From NCBI GenBank assembly GCA_038322745.1, contig JBBQGF010000002.1:1-43837 (forward strand): a stretch of 43,837 nt of DNA, in the 5' to 3' direction. The notes beneath the pieces are model-generated. The model made no database searches. It saw nothing but the letters and a program-made list of their open reading frames with translations, and was not told the DNA's origin. This stretch comes from Minisyncoccia bacterium (GTDB lineage Bacteria > Patescibacteriota > Minisyncoccia > Phycocordibacterales > UBA9973). Position numbers and translations under genes: made by a program. Below, in pieces: positions 7,894 to 17,750 of the stretch (its first letter is position 1; each line of letters opens with the position of its first letter).

Positions 7894-9831
7894 ATGTATG
7901 TATTAAAAAAATCAGACCAGAATCCAATTTTAACCCCAAATCAAAATCATTATTGGGAGGAATTTGCTACATTTAACATGTGTCCAATAAAGCGTGGTAA
8001 AATTATCTATGGTTTATATAGAGCAATTTCTGCTGAAGATAAATTATCAATTCAAAAACAAATTTCTTCAATTGGTATAGGAAAAAGTACGGATGGTCTT
8101 CATTTTGAAGAAAGAGAACCATTTATATCTCCAGAAGAGGATTGGGATGCACTTGGATGTGAAGACCCAAGAGTAACTCATTTTGAAGGAAAATATTATA
8201 TTTTTTATACTGCACTTTCTAAATATCCATTTGGTCCAGAAGGAATAAAAGTGGCTGTCGCTATTTCTAAAGATTTAAAAAAAGTTGAAGAACGCCATAT
8301 TGTCACACCATTTAATGCTAAAGCGATGACACTTTTTCCTAAAAGAATCGATGGTAAAATAGTTGCTATTTTTTCTGCTAATACAGATAATCCTCCTGCA
8401 AAAGTTTGTATAGTAAAAGTTGATAACATAGAAGAATTATGGGACCCAGCTTTCTGGACTAAATGGCTAGAAGATATAGATAGTCATGCTGTGAATTTTA
8501 CTCGCAATAGTTATGATCATTTAGAAGTTGGAGCACCACCAATTTTAACTAAATATGGATGGTTATTAATCTATTCTCATATTCAAAATTATTTTCCTAA
8601 TCCTGAAAAATTAGACCGTATTTTTGGAATAGAGGCATTGTTACTTGATTTAAATGACCCATCTAAAATATTAGCTAGAACAGAAGGTCCTATTATAGTA
8701 CCAGAAGAGAATTATGAAATATCTGGTTATATAAATAATGTCATTTTCCCCACAGGAGCATTATTAGATAAAGATAAATTATCTGTATATTATGGAGCCG
8801 CTGATACAACAGTATGTGTTGCTCATGTATCACTATATGATTTGATAGAAACCATGAATTCCGGAAAGGAAAATGATTGGGGGTTTAAACGTAATCCTTC
8901 TAATCCAATAATTTTTCCAAACCAAAACAATAAATGGGAGGCTAAAGCAACTTTCAATCCAGCAGCAATAGATTTAGACGGAAAAGTACATATCTTATAT
9001 AGAACACTTTCTGATGATAATACTTCTTTTATTGGTTACGCATCATCTGTAGATGGATTAACTATAAATGAAAGATTAGATTTTCCTATTTATTCTCCTA
9101 GAGAATATTTTGAGATGAAAAATATTCCAAATGGTAATTCAGGATGTGAAGACCCAAGGTTAACAAAGATAGGTGATAATATTTATATTTGTTATACAGC
9201 TTATGATAGTTCTCATGCCCCACGCGTAGCAGTATCTTCAATTACAGAAAAGGATTTCATTGCTAAAAATTGGAATTGGACAAAACCAATTCTCATAACT
9301 CCAGAAGGATTAGACGATAAAGATGCTTGTCTCTTCCCAGAAAAATTTAAAGACGGTTATTTTTTCTTACATCGTGTTAGTAATGAAATGTGTGGAGATT
9401 ATTTGCACTCATTAACTTTTGATTCAGAAAATAAGGTAAATAAATGTATAAGAGTTATCGGACCCCGACTAAATACATGGGATAGTGCAAAAGTGGGAAT
9501 TACAGCTCCACCAATAAAAACAAAATATGGTTGGCTATTGCTTTATCATGGAGTATCAAAAAGTCACTCAACTTATCGTGTTGGAGCATTATTATTAGAT
9601 CTAAAAGACCCAGCAATAGTACTAGCTCGTAGTTCTGACCCAATATTTTCTCCACGAGAAGATTATGAAAAATTTGGTATTGTGAATAATGTAGTTTTCC
9701 CTTGCGGAATGATAGTTCGAGATGAAATCCTATATATATATTACGGAGGAGCTGACAAAGTAGTAGGTGTGGCTACAATGAAAATAAAAATTATTCTCGA
9801 TGCACTTATTAGAGGGTCAAAATTTACCTAA
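7894..9831 (+). CDS. tandem double GH130-like protein (two complete modules in one polypeptide)
   Basis: 645 aa. Module a (about 7894-8870) has LGCEDPRVT and SVYYGAADT. Module b (about 8875-9831) has SGCEDPRLT and YIYYGGADK. Both are alignable to the product of 6622-7890. Confidence 0.8.
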   Translation: MYVLKKSDQNPILTPNQNHYWEEFATFNMCPIKRGKIIYGLYRAISAEDKLSIQKQISSIGIGKSTDGLHFEEREPFISPEEDWDALGCEDPRVTHFEGKYYIFYTALSKYPFGPEGIKVAVAISKDLKKVEERHIVTPFNAKAMTLFPKRIDGKIVAIFSANTDNPPAKVCIVKVDNIEELWDPAFWTKWLEDIDSHAVNFTRNSYDHLEVGAPPILTKYGWLLIYSHIQNYFPNPEKLDRIFGIEALLLDLNDPSKILARTEGPIIVPEENYEISGYINNVIFPTGALLDKDKLSVYYGAADTTVCVAHVSLYDLIETMNSGKENDWGFKRNPSNPIIFPNQNNKWEAKATFNPAAIDLDGKVHILYRTLSDDNTSFIGYASSVDGLTINERLDFPIYSPREYFEMKNIPNGNSGCEDPRLTKIGDNIYICYTAYDSSHAPRVAVSSITEKDFIAKNWNWTKPILITPEGLDDKDACLFPEKFKDGYFFLHRVSNEMCGDYLHSLTFDSENKVNKCIRVIGPRLNTWDSAKVGITAPPIKTKYGWLLLYHGVSKSHSTYRVGALLLDLKDPAIVLARSSDPIFSPREDYEKFGIVNNVVFPCGMIVRDEILYIYYGGADKVVGVATMKIKIILDALIRGSKFT

Positions 9832-9902
9832 TTTCTAATTTTAACTTTAATTTGGTATAGTAAATAAAGGGCATAAAACCCCTTTTTTGCTAGTTATACT
9901 AT

Positions 9903-11681
9903 ATGGAAAAAAAAGATTATTCAAATTTACATAGAGGTTTAGTGTTGAAATATTTTTGGCAGGTTGTTAAACGCTTCAAAGTATCATTTTTTGTCGTTAT
10001 TTTATTTACTATTTTATCTTCGGCATTAGATATCTATATACCTTTGCAGTTTTTAAAACTTTGGAATATTTTAAGTCAGAACAATTTTGGATTATCACAA
10101 AACGCAGAATCAATAGTCATACTTATTTTTTGTTTAGGCCTACTCAGGTGGCTATTTCGACGTATTGGTGGTTTTACAAATTCTTATTTTCAAGCAAATG
10201 TTATGGAGGGGCTTCGTAAACAAGCATTCTCTTATATGATTGGGCACTCACATTCATTCTTTGCAAACAATTTTGGTGGCTCACTTACTCAAAAAGTAAA
10301 TAAATATGCCAGAGCATTTGAAAGACTAGCAGATAAAATGGTTAGTGAAGGATTACCATTAGTGATAAGAGCCGTAGGAACTGTTATCGCTATTTATACT
10401 ATGGTACCTAAATACGCATACATATTATCTATTTTTTGTTTTATATTTTTAATTACAGCCCTTGTTTATACAAGATTTAAATTAAAATATGATATTATCG
10501 CTGCAGAATCAGATACAAAAACTACTGGAGCATTGGCTGATTCTATTAGTAACCATTCATCAATTCAACTTTTTGCTGGTCATGATTATGAAAAAGAAAG
10601 AGTGGGGAATGTTATAAAAGAACAAAAGAAAGCTACAGTTTTTAATTGGTATTTATGGGAATCACTTGGTTCAATACAAGCATTGTATTCTGTTGGTATT
10701 GAATTTATTATTTTTTGGACAGCTGTAGGAGACTGGAAACTAGGTCTTTTAAGTTTACCGATTATTATTCTACTTCAAAGTTATATGGCTAGATTGATAG
10801 AAAACTTATGGGGATTTGCTGGTATTGTTCGTACTTTCTATGATAGCTTTGCAGATGCTCAAGAAATGGCTGTAGTTTTAGATACCCCATATAGCGTAGG
10901 AGATAAAATAACTAATCATATAAATAATATAAAAGGTGAAGTTATATTTGAAAACATAACTTATATTTATGAAAATAATAACCAAAAAGTTTTTAATGAT
11001 TTTTCTCTTACAATAAAAGCAGGAGAGAAAATCGCAATCGTTGGTTCATCAGGTGCAGGAAAATCTACATTTGTTCGTTTATTAATGCGTCTATTTAATA
11101 TACAAACAGGTAGAATTTTAATTGACGGTATTGATATCACAACTATTTCTCAAAAAAATCTACGTGAAAATATAGGATTTGTTCCTCAAGACCCAGTTCT
11201 ATTTCATAGAACACTTATGGAAAATATACGTTATGGTCGCAGGAATGCTACAGATGAGGAAGTTATGAAAGCTGCGAGTTTAGCTTATTGTGATGATTTT
11301 ATAGCCAATCTTCCATTAGGATATAAAACTTATGTAGGAGAACGAGGTATTAAACTCTCAGGTGGTGAGAGACAGAGAGTAGCTATTGCACGTGCGATTT
11401 TAAAAAATGCACCAATTCTTGTCCTTGATGAAGCAACTTCAGCTCTAGATTCAGAATCTGAATCAGTGATTCAAGATGCTCTCCATAATCTAATAGAAGG
11501 GAAGACAGTGATAGTTATTGCACACAGATTATCTACTATAAGAGGAATGAGCCGAATAATAGTTATTTCAGAAGGGAAAATTGCAGAAGATGGAACTCAT
11601 GAAAAATTGATTCATAAGAAAAATGGTATATATAAAAAACTATGGGATATTCAGTCTGGAGGTTTTAAATTAAAATTATAA
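9903..11681 (+). CDS. ABC exporter, fused permease/ATPase (MsbA-like)
   Basis: 592 aa. A six-TM N-terminal half, Walker A GSSGAGKST, signature LSGGERQR, Walker B ILVLDEATS. Confidence 0.9.
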   Translation: MEKKDYSNLHRGLVLKYFWQVVKRFKVSFFVVILFTILSSALDIYIPLQFLKLWNILSQNNFGLSQNAESIVILIFCLGLLRWLFRRIGGFTNSYFQANVMEGLRKQAFSYMIGHSHSFFANNFGGSLTQKVNKYARAFERLADKMVSEGLPLVIRAVGTVIAIYTMVPKYAYILSIFCFIFLITALVYTRFKLKYDIIAAESDTKTTGALADSISNHSSIQLFAGHDYEKERVGNVIKEQKKATVFNWYLWESLGSIQALYSVGIEFIIFWTAVGDWKLGLLSLPIIILLQSYMARLIENLWGFAGIVRTFYDSFADAQEMAVVLDTPYSVGDKITNHINNIKGEVIFENITYIYENNNQKVFNDFSLTIKAGEKIAIVGSSGAGKSTFVRLLMRLFNIQTGRILIDGIDITTISQKNLRENIGFVPQDPVLFHRTLMENIRYGRRNATDEEVMKAASLAYCDDFIANLPLGYKTYVGERGIKLSGGERQRVAIARAILKNAPILVLDEATSALDSESESVIQDALHNLIEGKTVIVIAHRLSTIRGMSRIIVISEGKIAEDGTHEKLIHKKNGIYKKLWDIQSGGFKLKL

Positions 11682-11683
11682 AA

Positions 11684-12793
11684 TTATTCTATAATTAGCA
11701 CTACTATTTCTGAAGAAGTTCCTAATCGAAAAGGTATCATTGAAGTCCCTACTCCTGAGCTTGTAATTGATATTGTATTATTGGTCTTATTTAAACCATA
11801 AGCATATTTTTTATATATACTTTTTATAAATAAAGTAAATGGAAAAAATTGTCCATTATGAGTATGTCCGGATAAAATAAGAGAAACACCTGTTTTTGTT
11901 AAGCTTTTTGTGTTTTTAGGATCATGTATAAGAAGTATACTTGATTTTTCTTTATCGTAATTTAATTCATTTAATCTCTCGGTTGTTTTCACTTTAGACT
12001 CGTAATCTACATGTCTGAGTCCTATAATTTGGGTATTGTTTATAATTAATTTTTTATCAGTTGTGTCTATTATGTTCTTTGGGAAATTTGATTTAAATAA
12101 TTCATATTCTTGGCTGTATTTTTCGTGATTACCTTCTACATAATAATTACCAAGTTGAGGGTTAAGCTTATTGAATTGATTGAACCATTTTTCATAAGGG
12201 AAAGATGTTCCTTCTATAATATCTCCTAGTAAAAAAACAATATCTGGTTTCTGTTCATTTATTTTTGATATTACTTTTTTTATATAGTTTTCATTTCTTG
12301 TATTTCCAATATGAAAATCAGAAATAATAACTATCTTTTTTTTAGACCAATCTTTTGATAGATTTTCAGATTTAATAACGTAAGTTTTAATTATAAGATT
12401 ATATGAATTCCAAACACCATAAATTGTAAGTAAAAAAGCGAGATAAATAAATATAATAGCTATCACATCTAGTGGTATATTTGAATTTAAATAACTATTA
12501 ATTATTAATAATATAAATATAAATAATGAAAAAATAAAAAGATATAAAACAAAAACAAGCCAAATAGAACTAATCATATTTATAACAGAGTTTGATTTTG
12601 AGTAATGTTTATACCCATAAAACATTGTAAAAATAAATACAACTGGAACAATAAGGCCTAAAACTATTATGAAAAATTCTAGATATTTCGATTCTATAAT
12701 GTTTGAACTATAAAATGAATAATATGTTAAGTATTCACTTAAGGCTATTATGGAAAAAATAACCAGAGTTATAATAAATAATCGTATTTTCAT
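11684..12793 (-). CDS. membrane-anchored calcineurin-like metallophosphoesterase
   Basis: 369 aa. N-terminal TM helices followed by the DFHIGN, GDIIEG, GNHE and GHTH motifs. Confidence 0.8.
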   Translation of the reverse strand: MKIRLFIITLVIFSIIALSEYLTYYSFYSSNIIESKYLEFFIIVLGLIVPVVFIFTMFYGYKHYSKSNSVINMISSIWLVFVLYLFIFSLFIFILLIINSYLNSNIPLDVIAIIFIYLAFLLTIYGVWNSYNLIIKTYVIKSENLSKDWSKKKIVIISDFHIGNTRNENYIKKVISKINEQKPDIVFLLGDIIEGTSFPYEKWFNQFNKLNPQLGNYYVEGNHEKYSQEYELFKSNFPKNIIDTTDKKLIINNTQIIGLRHVDYESKVKTTERLNELNYDKEKSSILLIHDPKNTKSLTKTGVSLILSGHTHNGQFFPFTLFIKSIYKKYAYGLNKTNNTISITSSGVGTSMIPFRLGTSSEIVVLIIE

Positions 12794-13038
12794 AATTTGT
12801 TGTTAGATTAAAAGATTTAATAATCAATATATAAGATATCACTCAATTTTATAATTACATACTACTAAATGATTATAAAAAAGCTTAAAACTGTAATTAA
12901 ATTAAATGCAGTATTACCAATCTTTAATATACATTTAATTTAAACATCTATATCTTAACACATATTAAGTAAAATTTATTAGATAATTGATTCTTCATGA
13001 ATTACACATAATTTTCTGATATATGTTAAATTAGTATT

Positions 13039-14274
13039 ATGTTCAAGAATAAAACAATTTCAATAATTTTCTTTACAATATTTATCGATATGCTTGGTTT
13101 TGGTATATTGATACCAGTCATTCCTCTTCTTTTTGCAAGTCCTATGTCGGAATTTTATATGCTTCCAGCTCATATTGATATAAAGACTGGATATCTATTA
13201 TTAGGATTTCTTATTGCTGTATATCCGATAGGACAGTTTTTCTCAACACCTATACTTGGTCAACTATCTGATAAATATGGAAGGAAAAAAATATTAATAT
13301 TATCTATTATTGGAACTTCTCTGTCATATTTTATATTTGCTATCGGTATAGTTACAAAAAATGTTCCGTTGCTTTTTATAGCGAGATTTTTTGATGGATT
13401 AACGGGTGGAAATATTTCTGTAGCTCAAGCAATGATAGGGGATGTGAGTACGAGAGAAACTAGAGCACGTAATTTTGGAATGATTGGAGCAGCCTTTGGA
13501 TTAGGTTTTATTTTTGGTCCATACATAGGAGGGAAGCTTTCTGACCCCGCAGTATTATCATGGTTTTCTGCTTCAACTCCATTTATATTTGCTGGAATAC
13601 TCGCAACTCTTAATATTATTTTCATCACTCTTTTTCTAAAAGAAACAAATAAAAATATTCACAACGAAAAAATAACATGGAGTAGATCATTGAATAATAT
13701 AGGAGTAGCTTATCGTATGAAAGGTATAAATATAATATTCTTGACCAACTTTCTTTATAATGGAGGTTTTACTTTTTTCACAACGTTCTTTTCTGTATAT
13801 TTAATAAATAAATTTAATTTTACTCAAGGGAATATTGGCGAACTATTTGCATATATTGGTTTGTGGGGAATTTTTACTCAAGCAGTTATGACTAGAATTG
13901 TAGCTAAAAAATTTACAGAGGTAAAAGTTATTAAATGGACTCTTATTGGTTCCGGAGTTGCGATACTTGCATATTTTTTACCTCAATACTCTTGGCAGTT
14001 AATATTTATTCCACCATTTATGGGATTGTTCAATGGGCTTTCAATGTCAAATCTCGGAAGTTTATTGTCACATGTTTCGCCTGAAAAGAAGAGAGGTGAG
14101 ATACTTGGAATCAATGCATCTGTATCAGCTCTTGCTCAAGCAATACCAGCATTATTATCTGGTTTTATTGCAGTTATTCTAAAACCTACGACCCCAATAA
14201 TCTTTGCTTCTGTATTTATTCTAATGGGAGCCTTTGTTTTTAATAGATTTTATAAAAATATTCATAATAATTAA
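13039..14274 (+). CDS. MFS transporter (drug:H+ antiporter-like)
   Basis: 411 aa, about 12 TM helices. MFS motif A GQLSDKYGRKKIL and RFFDGLTGGNISVAQAMIGD. Confidence 0.85.
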   Translation: MFKNKTISIIFFTIFIDMLGFGILIPVIPLLFASPMSEFYMLPAHIDIKTGYLLLGFLIAVYPIGQFFSTPILGQLSDKYGRKKILILSIIGTSLSYFIFAIGIVTKNVPLLFIARFFDGLTGGNISVAQAMIGDVSTRETRARNFGMIGAAFGLGFIFGPYIGGKLSDPAVLSWFSASTPFIFAGILATLNIIFITLFLKETNKNIHNEKITWSRSLNNIGVAYRMKGINIIFLTNFLYNGGFTFFTTFFSVYLINKFNFTQGNIGELFAYIGLWGIFTQAVMTRIVAKKFTEVKVIKWTLIGSGVAILAYFLPQYSWQLIFIPPFMGLFNGLSMSNLGSLLSHVSPEKKRGEILGINASVSALAQAIPALLSGFIAVILKPTTPIIFASVFILMGAFVFNRFYKNIHNN

Positions 14275-14313
14275 TTTTATAAAAAAATAACTTTAAAAAC
14301 ACTAGTTTTATGT

Positions 14314-14362
14314 AAAAATCTGTTGAAAATTTTAATTTTTAACAGATTTTTATATTTTTTTT
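14314..14362 (+). terminator. intrinsic terminator
   Basis: 11-bp stem aaaaatctgtt / aacagattttt followed by a T-rich run. Confidence 0.6.
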
Positions 14363-14606
14363 AGGCTTCTAGAAATATCCTTTACTCATCGCTTTTATAG
14401 CAGTACTTTTTAAAAATATTTGACTAATCCCTAACATATTTACATAGTGTTGATTTTAGTTAATTTTTGATTAAATTGTCTTTTATTATCTATAAAGTGG
14501 GGGTATAATATAAGCCCAAAAAGCAATTGGGACAATTATTATCAGCTCCGGTGTAAAATCGGAATCTCGATATAAAAATTATCGAGAATAAATTTTTTTT
14601 AAAAAT

Positions 14607-16949
14607 ATGCCTTCTAAAAAGAAAGTTTCCAGTGCAAAAAAAATAATAGCAAAGGTCGTAGAAAAAAATGAAGTTGCTAAGGAGGAAAAGTTTGTAAAGA
14701 ATAGTTTTATTAAAGGCGTTATAAAAAGAGATGGTGTTACTGTTTCTTTTGATATTGAAAAAGTTACGAATGCCATTAATAAAGCCATGCTTGCAAGTAA
14801 CGAAGGCTCTATGAAAGAGGCAGAGATGGTTGCTAATCGTGTACAGATGGAAATTGTTAAAATAGCTAAGAAATATAAGAACTTTATCCCGACAGTTGAA
14901 GGCCTTCAGGATACAGTTGAACAAGAATTAATGCTCTCAGATTTTGTAAAAACTTCTAAGAATTATATTCTCTATCGTGAAGAGCGAGCAAGACTACGCT
15001 CTCATTCTATAACAGTACCTGATCACGTAAAAAAACTTACAGAGGAAAGTAAAAAATATTTTCGTAATCCACTTTCTGAATTTGTTTACTATCGTACATA
15101 TGCAAAATGGATTGAAGAAGAGGGAAGACGTGAGACTTGGGTAGAGACTATTGATCGCTACGTTGATTTCATGAAAAAAAATCTAGGTAAACTTCTAAAA
15201 GAAAGTGAATATAAAGAAGTTAGAGAGGCAATACTCCATCAAGAAGCAATGCCATCAATGAGATTACTACAATTCGCTGGAGCTGCAGCTGAGAAAACAA
15301 ATGTTTGTGCCTACAATTGTTCTTTTGTAGCACCATCTAAGTTTCAAGATTTCGGAGATATAATTTATATATCTATGTGTGGAACAGGAGTTGGATTTTC
15401 TGTTGAAAGTAAAAACATTCAAGCACTTCCACAAATAAAAAATCAAATTGGAAAAAAATTACCAACATTTGTAGTTCCCGACACAAAAGAAGGTTGGGCA
15501 GATGCATTTGTTCATGGTATGAAGACTTGGTTTGATGGTAATGATGTAGATTTTGATTTTTCGTTACTTCGTCCAGCTGGTGCTCGTCTTAAAATAATGG
15601 GAGGAAAATCATCAGGCCCAAAGCCACTTATTGATTTACTCGGATTTACTCGTGAACGTATAATCCGTCGCCAAGGAAGACATCTTCGTAATATAGATGC
15701 ACACGACATAATTTGTAAGATAGGTGAGTGCGTAGTTTCAGGCGGAGTTCGCCGTAGTGCCCTTATATCATTATCTGATTTAGATGATCAGGATATGCGT
15801 GATGCAAAGAATGGTCAGTTTTGGATAAATGAAGGGCAACGTATGCTTGCAAATAACTCAGCAGTCTATAATACAAAACCTACAGAGACAGAATTCCTTA
15901 AAGAATGGATATCTCTTATGGAATCAGGGTCTGGTGAGAGAGGAATATTCAACCGTGGTTCACTTTATAAATCACTACCTAAGAGAAGATTAGAAAAATC
16001 TGCTGACTACATAGGAGAAATGGGTACAAATCCTTGTGGAGAAATAATCTTACGCTCAAGACAATTTTGTAACCTTTCAGAAGTAGTCGCACGTGCCGAA
16101 GATACAGAAGCAGATTTGATGAGAAAAATTCGAGTTGCGACAATCTTGGGAACATATCAGTCAACTTTGACAAAATTTGGATATTTATCAAAGGAGTGGA
16201 AAAATAATTGTGATGAAGAAAAATTACTTGGAGTATCAGTAACTGGTCAATGGGATTCAAAACTTTCACGTGACCCAATTATGCTAAGTAAACTTCGTCT
16301 TGAGTCAATTCGTATAAATAAAATATATGCAAAGAGATTTGGTATAAATGAATCAACTTGTATTACAGCAGTAAAACCATCAGGAACAGTATCTCAGACT
16401 GTTGATTGTGCATCAGGAATGCACCCACGCCATGCACCTTATTATATTCGTCGTGTTCGTATTTCTGCCACTGATTCATTATTTAAAATGATGAAAGATC
16501 AAGGAGTACCATATCACCCAGAAGTAGGACAAACTCATGATGATGCGAATACTTTTGTTCTTGAGTTCCCAATGAAAGCTCCCGAGGATGCAATATGTAA
16601 AGATGATATTTCAGCTATTGACCAACTTGAACACTGGAAAGTTGTTAAGGTAAATTATACAGAACACAATCCTTCCGTTACTATCTCTGTAGGAGAGAAT
16701 GAATGGATTCAAGTAGCACACTGGCTTTATCAGAATTGGGATATTGTAGGAGGACTTTCTTTCTTACCACGTAGTAATCATGTCTATCAGCTTGCTCCAT
16801 ATGAAGCGATAGATGAAAAAACTTATAAACAATTAGTAAGCAATATGCCAGATTTCGATTTTTCAAAAATTGTTACTTATGAAATGAGAGATGAGACAGA
16901 AGTAAAGAGAGAACTTGCTTGTGTTGCGGGTGTTTGTGATATAGTGTAA
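14607..16949 (+). CDS. nrdJ: class II (adenosylcobalamin-dependent) ribonucleotide reductase with N-terminal ATP-cone
   Basis: 780 aa. ATP-cone-like VIKRDGVTVSFDIEKVTNAINKA, class II core motifs (NCSF, GTGVGFS, SGGVRRSA, active-site TNPCGEI) and a C-terminal Cys pair CVAGVC. Confidence 0.9.
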   Translation: MPSKKKVSSAKKIIAKVVEKNEVAKEEKFVKNSFIKGVIKRDGVTVSFDIEKVTNAINKAMLASNEGSMKEAEMVANRVQMEIVKIAKKYKNFIPTVEGLQDTVEQELMLSDFVKTSKNYILYREERARLRSHSITVPDHVKKLTEESKKYFRNPLSEFVYYRTYAKWIEEEGRRETWVETIDRYVDFMKKNLGKLLKESEYKEVREAILHQEAMPSMRLLQFAGAAAEKTNVCAYNCSFVAPSKFQDFGDIIYISMCGTGVGFSVESKNIQALPQIKNQIGKKLPTFVVPDTKEGWADAFVHGMKTWFDGNDVDFDFSLLRPAGARLKIMGGKSSGPKPLIDLLGFTRERIIRRQGRHLRNIDAHDIICKIGECVVSGGVRRSALISLSDLDDQDMRDAKNGQFWINEGQRMLANNSAVYNTKPTETEFLKEWISLMESGSGERGIFNRGSLYKSLPKRRLEKSADYIGEMGTNPCGEIILRSRQFCNLSEVVARAEDTEADLMRKIRVATILGTYQSTLTKFGYLSKEWKNNCDEEKLLGVSVTGQWDSKLSRDPIMLSKLRLESIRINKIYAKRFGINESTCITAVKPSGTVSQTVDCASGMHPRHAPYYIRRVRISATDSLFKMMKDQGVPYHPEVGQTHDDANTFVLEFPMKAPEDAICKDDISAIDQLEHWKVVKVNYTEHNPSVTISVGENEWIQVAHWLYQNWDIVGGLSFLPRSNHVYQLAPYEAIDEKTYKQLVSNMPDFDFSKIVTYEMRDETEVKRELACVAGVCDIV

Positions 16950-16972
16950 TTATTGAAATAAAATAGATTCAT

Positions 16973-17045
16973 CCAGAGGGTATGAAAATTTTTTACTAAA
17001 AATTTTCTGAAGTTTTCGCCCCGTCGGGCTCAAAACCCCCTTTGG
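16973..17045 (+). repeat. structured intergenic element, copy A (three-way junction; unclassified)
   Basis: P1 is ccagaggg / ccctttgg. P2 is a perfect 10-bp hairpin gaaaattttt-tact-aaaaattttc. P3 is gccc-cgtc-gggc. The architecture and P3 loop match copy B at 17805-17909. Confidence 0.45.
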
Positions 17046-17077
17046 ATAAACTATTTTTATTTCAATTAAATAATCTA

Positions 17078-17599
17078 ATGAAAAAATCAGTTAAATATAT
17101 AATAGTTTTTTTGTCAGCCTTTATTATAAGGCTAATGCCATTTAGAGCTCCAAATGTGGAGCCTATTATGGCATCTGTTATGCCAATAGGTAAAGTCTAT
17201 GGTGGATTAATGGCGTTTATGTTTGGATTTATTAGTATTGTTTTATTTGATTCTATAACATCTGGATTTGGTATCTGGACATTAATCACAGCTTTTTCTT
17301 ACGGTACACTTGGATTAGGAGCTCACTATTATTTTAAAAACAGATCAGGCCGTGTAAATTATGCTATATATGCAGTTGCAGCAACTATCTTTTATGATGC
17401 TGTTACAGGACTTACTGTTGGACCACTATTTTTTCACCAATCATTTATGGTATCGCTTGTTGGTCAAATTCCATTTACTGCACTACACTTGCTAGGCAAT
17501 GTATCTTTTGCTATAGTTCTCTCACCAGTAATTGAAAAATGGATAGTGAAAGAAGAAGTGAAAGTAGTCAGTATAGAGAAAACTGTGTTAGTAAATTAG
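17078..17599 (+). CDS. small polytopic membrane protein, putative vitamin (cobalamin) transporter component (ECF-S/DUF6580-like)
   Basis: 173 aa from the ATG (MKKSVKYIIVFL...); the tracked TTG start at 17042 lies inside a hairpin. About 5-6 TM helices. The N-terminal RLMPFRAPNVEPIMA motif is recalled from DUF6580-type putative transporters. Context: between nrdJ and a B12 riboswitch. Confidence 0.45.
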   Translation: MKKSVKYIIVFLSAFIIRLMPFRAPNVEPIMASVMPIGKVYGGLMAFMFGFISIVLFDSITSGFGIWTLITAFSYGTLGLGAHYYFKNRSGRVNYAIYAVAATIFYDAVTGLTVGPLFFHQSFMVSLVGQIPFTALHLLGNVSFAIVLSPVIEKWIVKEEVKVVSIEKTVLVN

Positions 17600-17620
17600 T
17601 TGTATTTTAAAATTTAAATT

Positions 17621-17706
17621 AATGTATTTGGAAATGAGGTTAGATTCCTCTACTGTGCCGCAACGGTAATACCCCGAAAAGGGGATAAGTCCGGTCTTAA
17701 TACATT
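17621..17706 (+). promoter_or_regulatory. cobalamin (AdoCbl-type) riboswitch aptamer
   Basis: P1 is aatgtatt / aatacatt. The core tGGAAAtGAGGTTAGATTCCTCtACTGtGCCGCAACGGTAA, then hairpin CCCCgaaaaGGGG, then AAGTCCGG, resembles the conserved cobalamin-riboswitch core and B12-box. Matched by eye only. Confidence 0.65.
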
Positions 17707-17750
17707 GATGTTTCCCGAGCAGGAGAATATCTCTAAAATATTTAGACATA

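Noticed and set aside
11681-11684. Convergent ABC exporter and metallophosphoesterase genes separated by only 2 nt with no terminator. Possible fusion or misassembly.
   Set aside because: Both ORFs are full length with intact terminal motifs. Tightly abutting convergent genes are common in compact genomes. Nothing in the sequence suggests a junction artefact.
14298-14451. NrdR-box-like sequences (acactagttttatgt at about 14298, acatatttacatagtgt at about 14435) upstream of nrdJ.
   Set aside because: Only half-site-level similarity to the 16-bp NrdR palindrome. The two sites are about 138 bp apart rather than the canonical tandem spacing of about 3 helical turns. One overlaps the MFS terminator region. 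No nrdR gene lies in the window.
16973-17045. Copy A of the structured element is 73 nt long, which is tRNA length.
   Set aside because: The arms have 4-nt loops and a 10-bp A/T hairpin. There is no GTTC-type T-loop, no 7-nt anticodon loop and no D-arm, so it is incompatible with a tRNA cloverleaf.
17042-17077. Upstream-extended starts in the ORF track: TTG 17042, 18400, 21104, 25286, 36776, 36810(-), GTG 37612 and 42864.
   Set aside because: In each case an internal ATG gives the canonical N-terminus: MKKS.. TM helix, MKKNIYKK signal peptide, MPAYV.., MEKYIK..GFSLIE, MQPID..HEFAHG, MAKVCD (L28), MPTINQL (S12) and MQKNIKK signal peptide. The extensions overlap upstream genes, terminators or hairpins.
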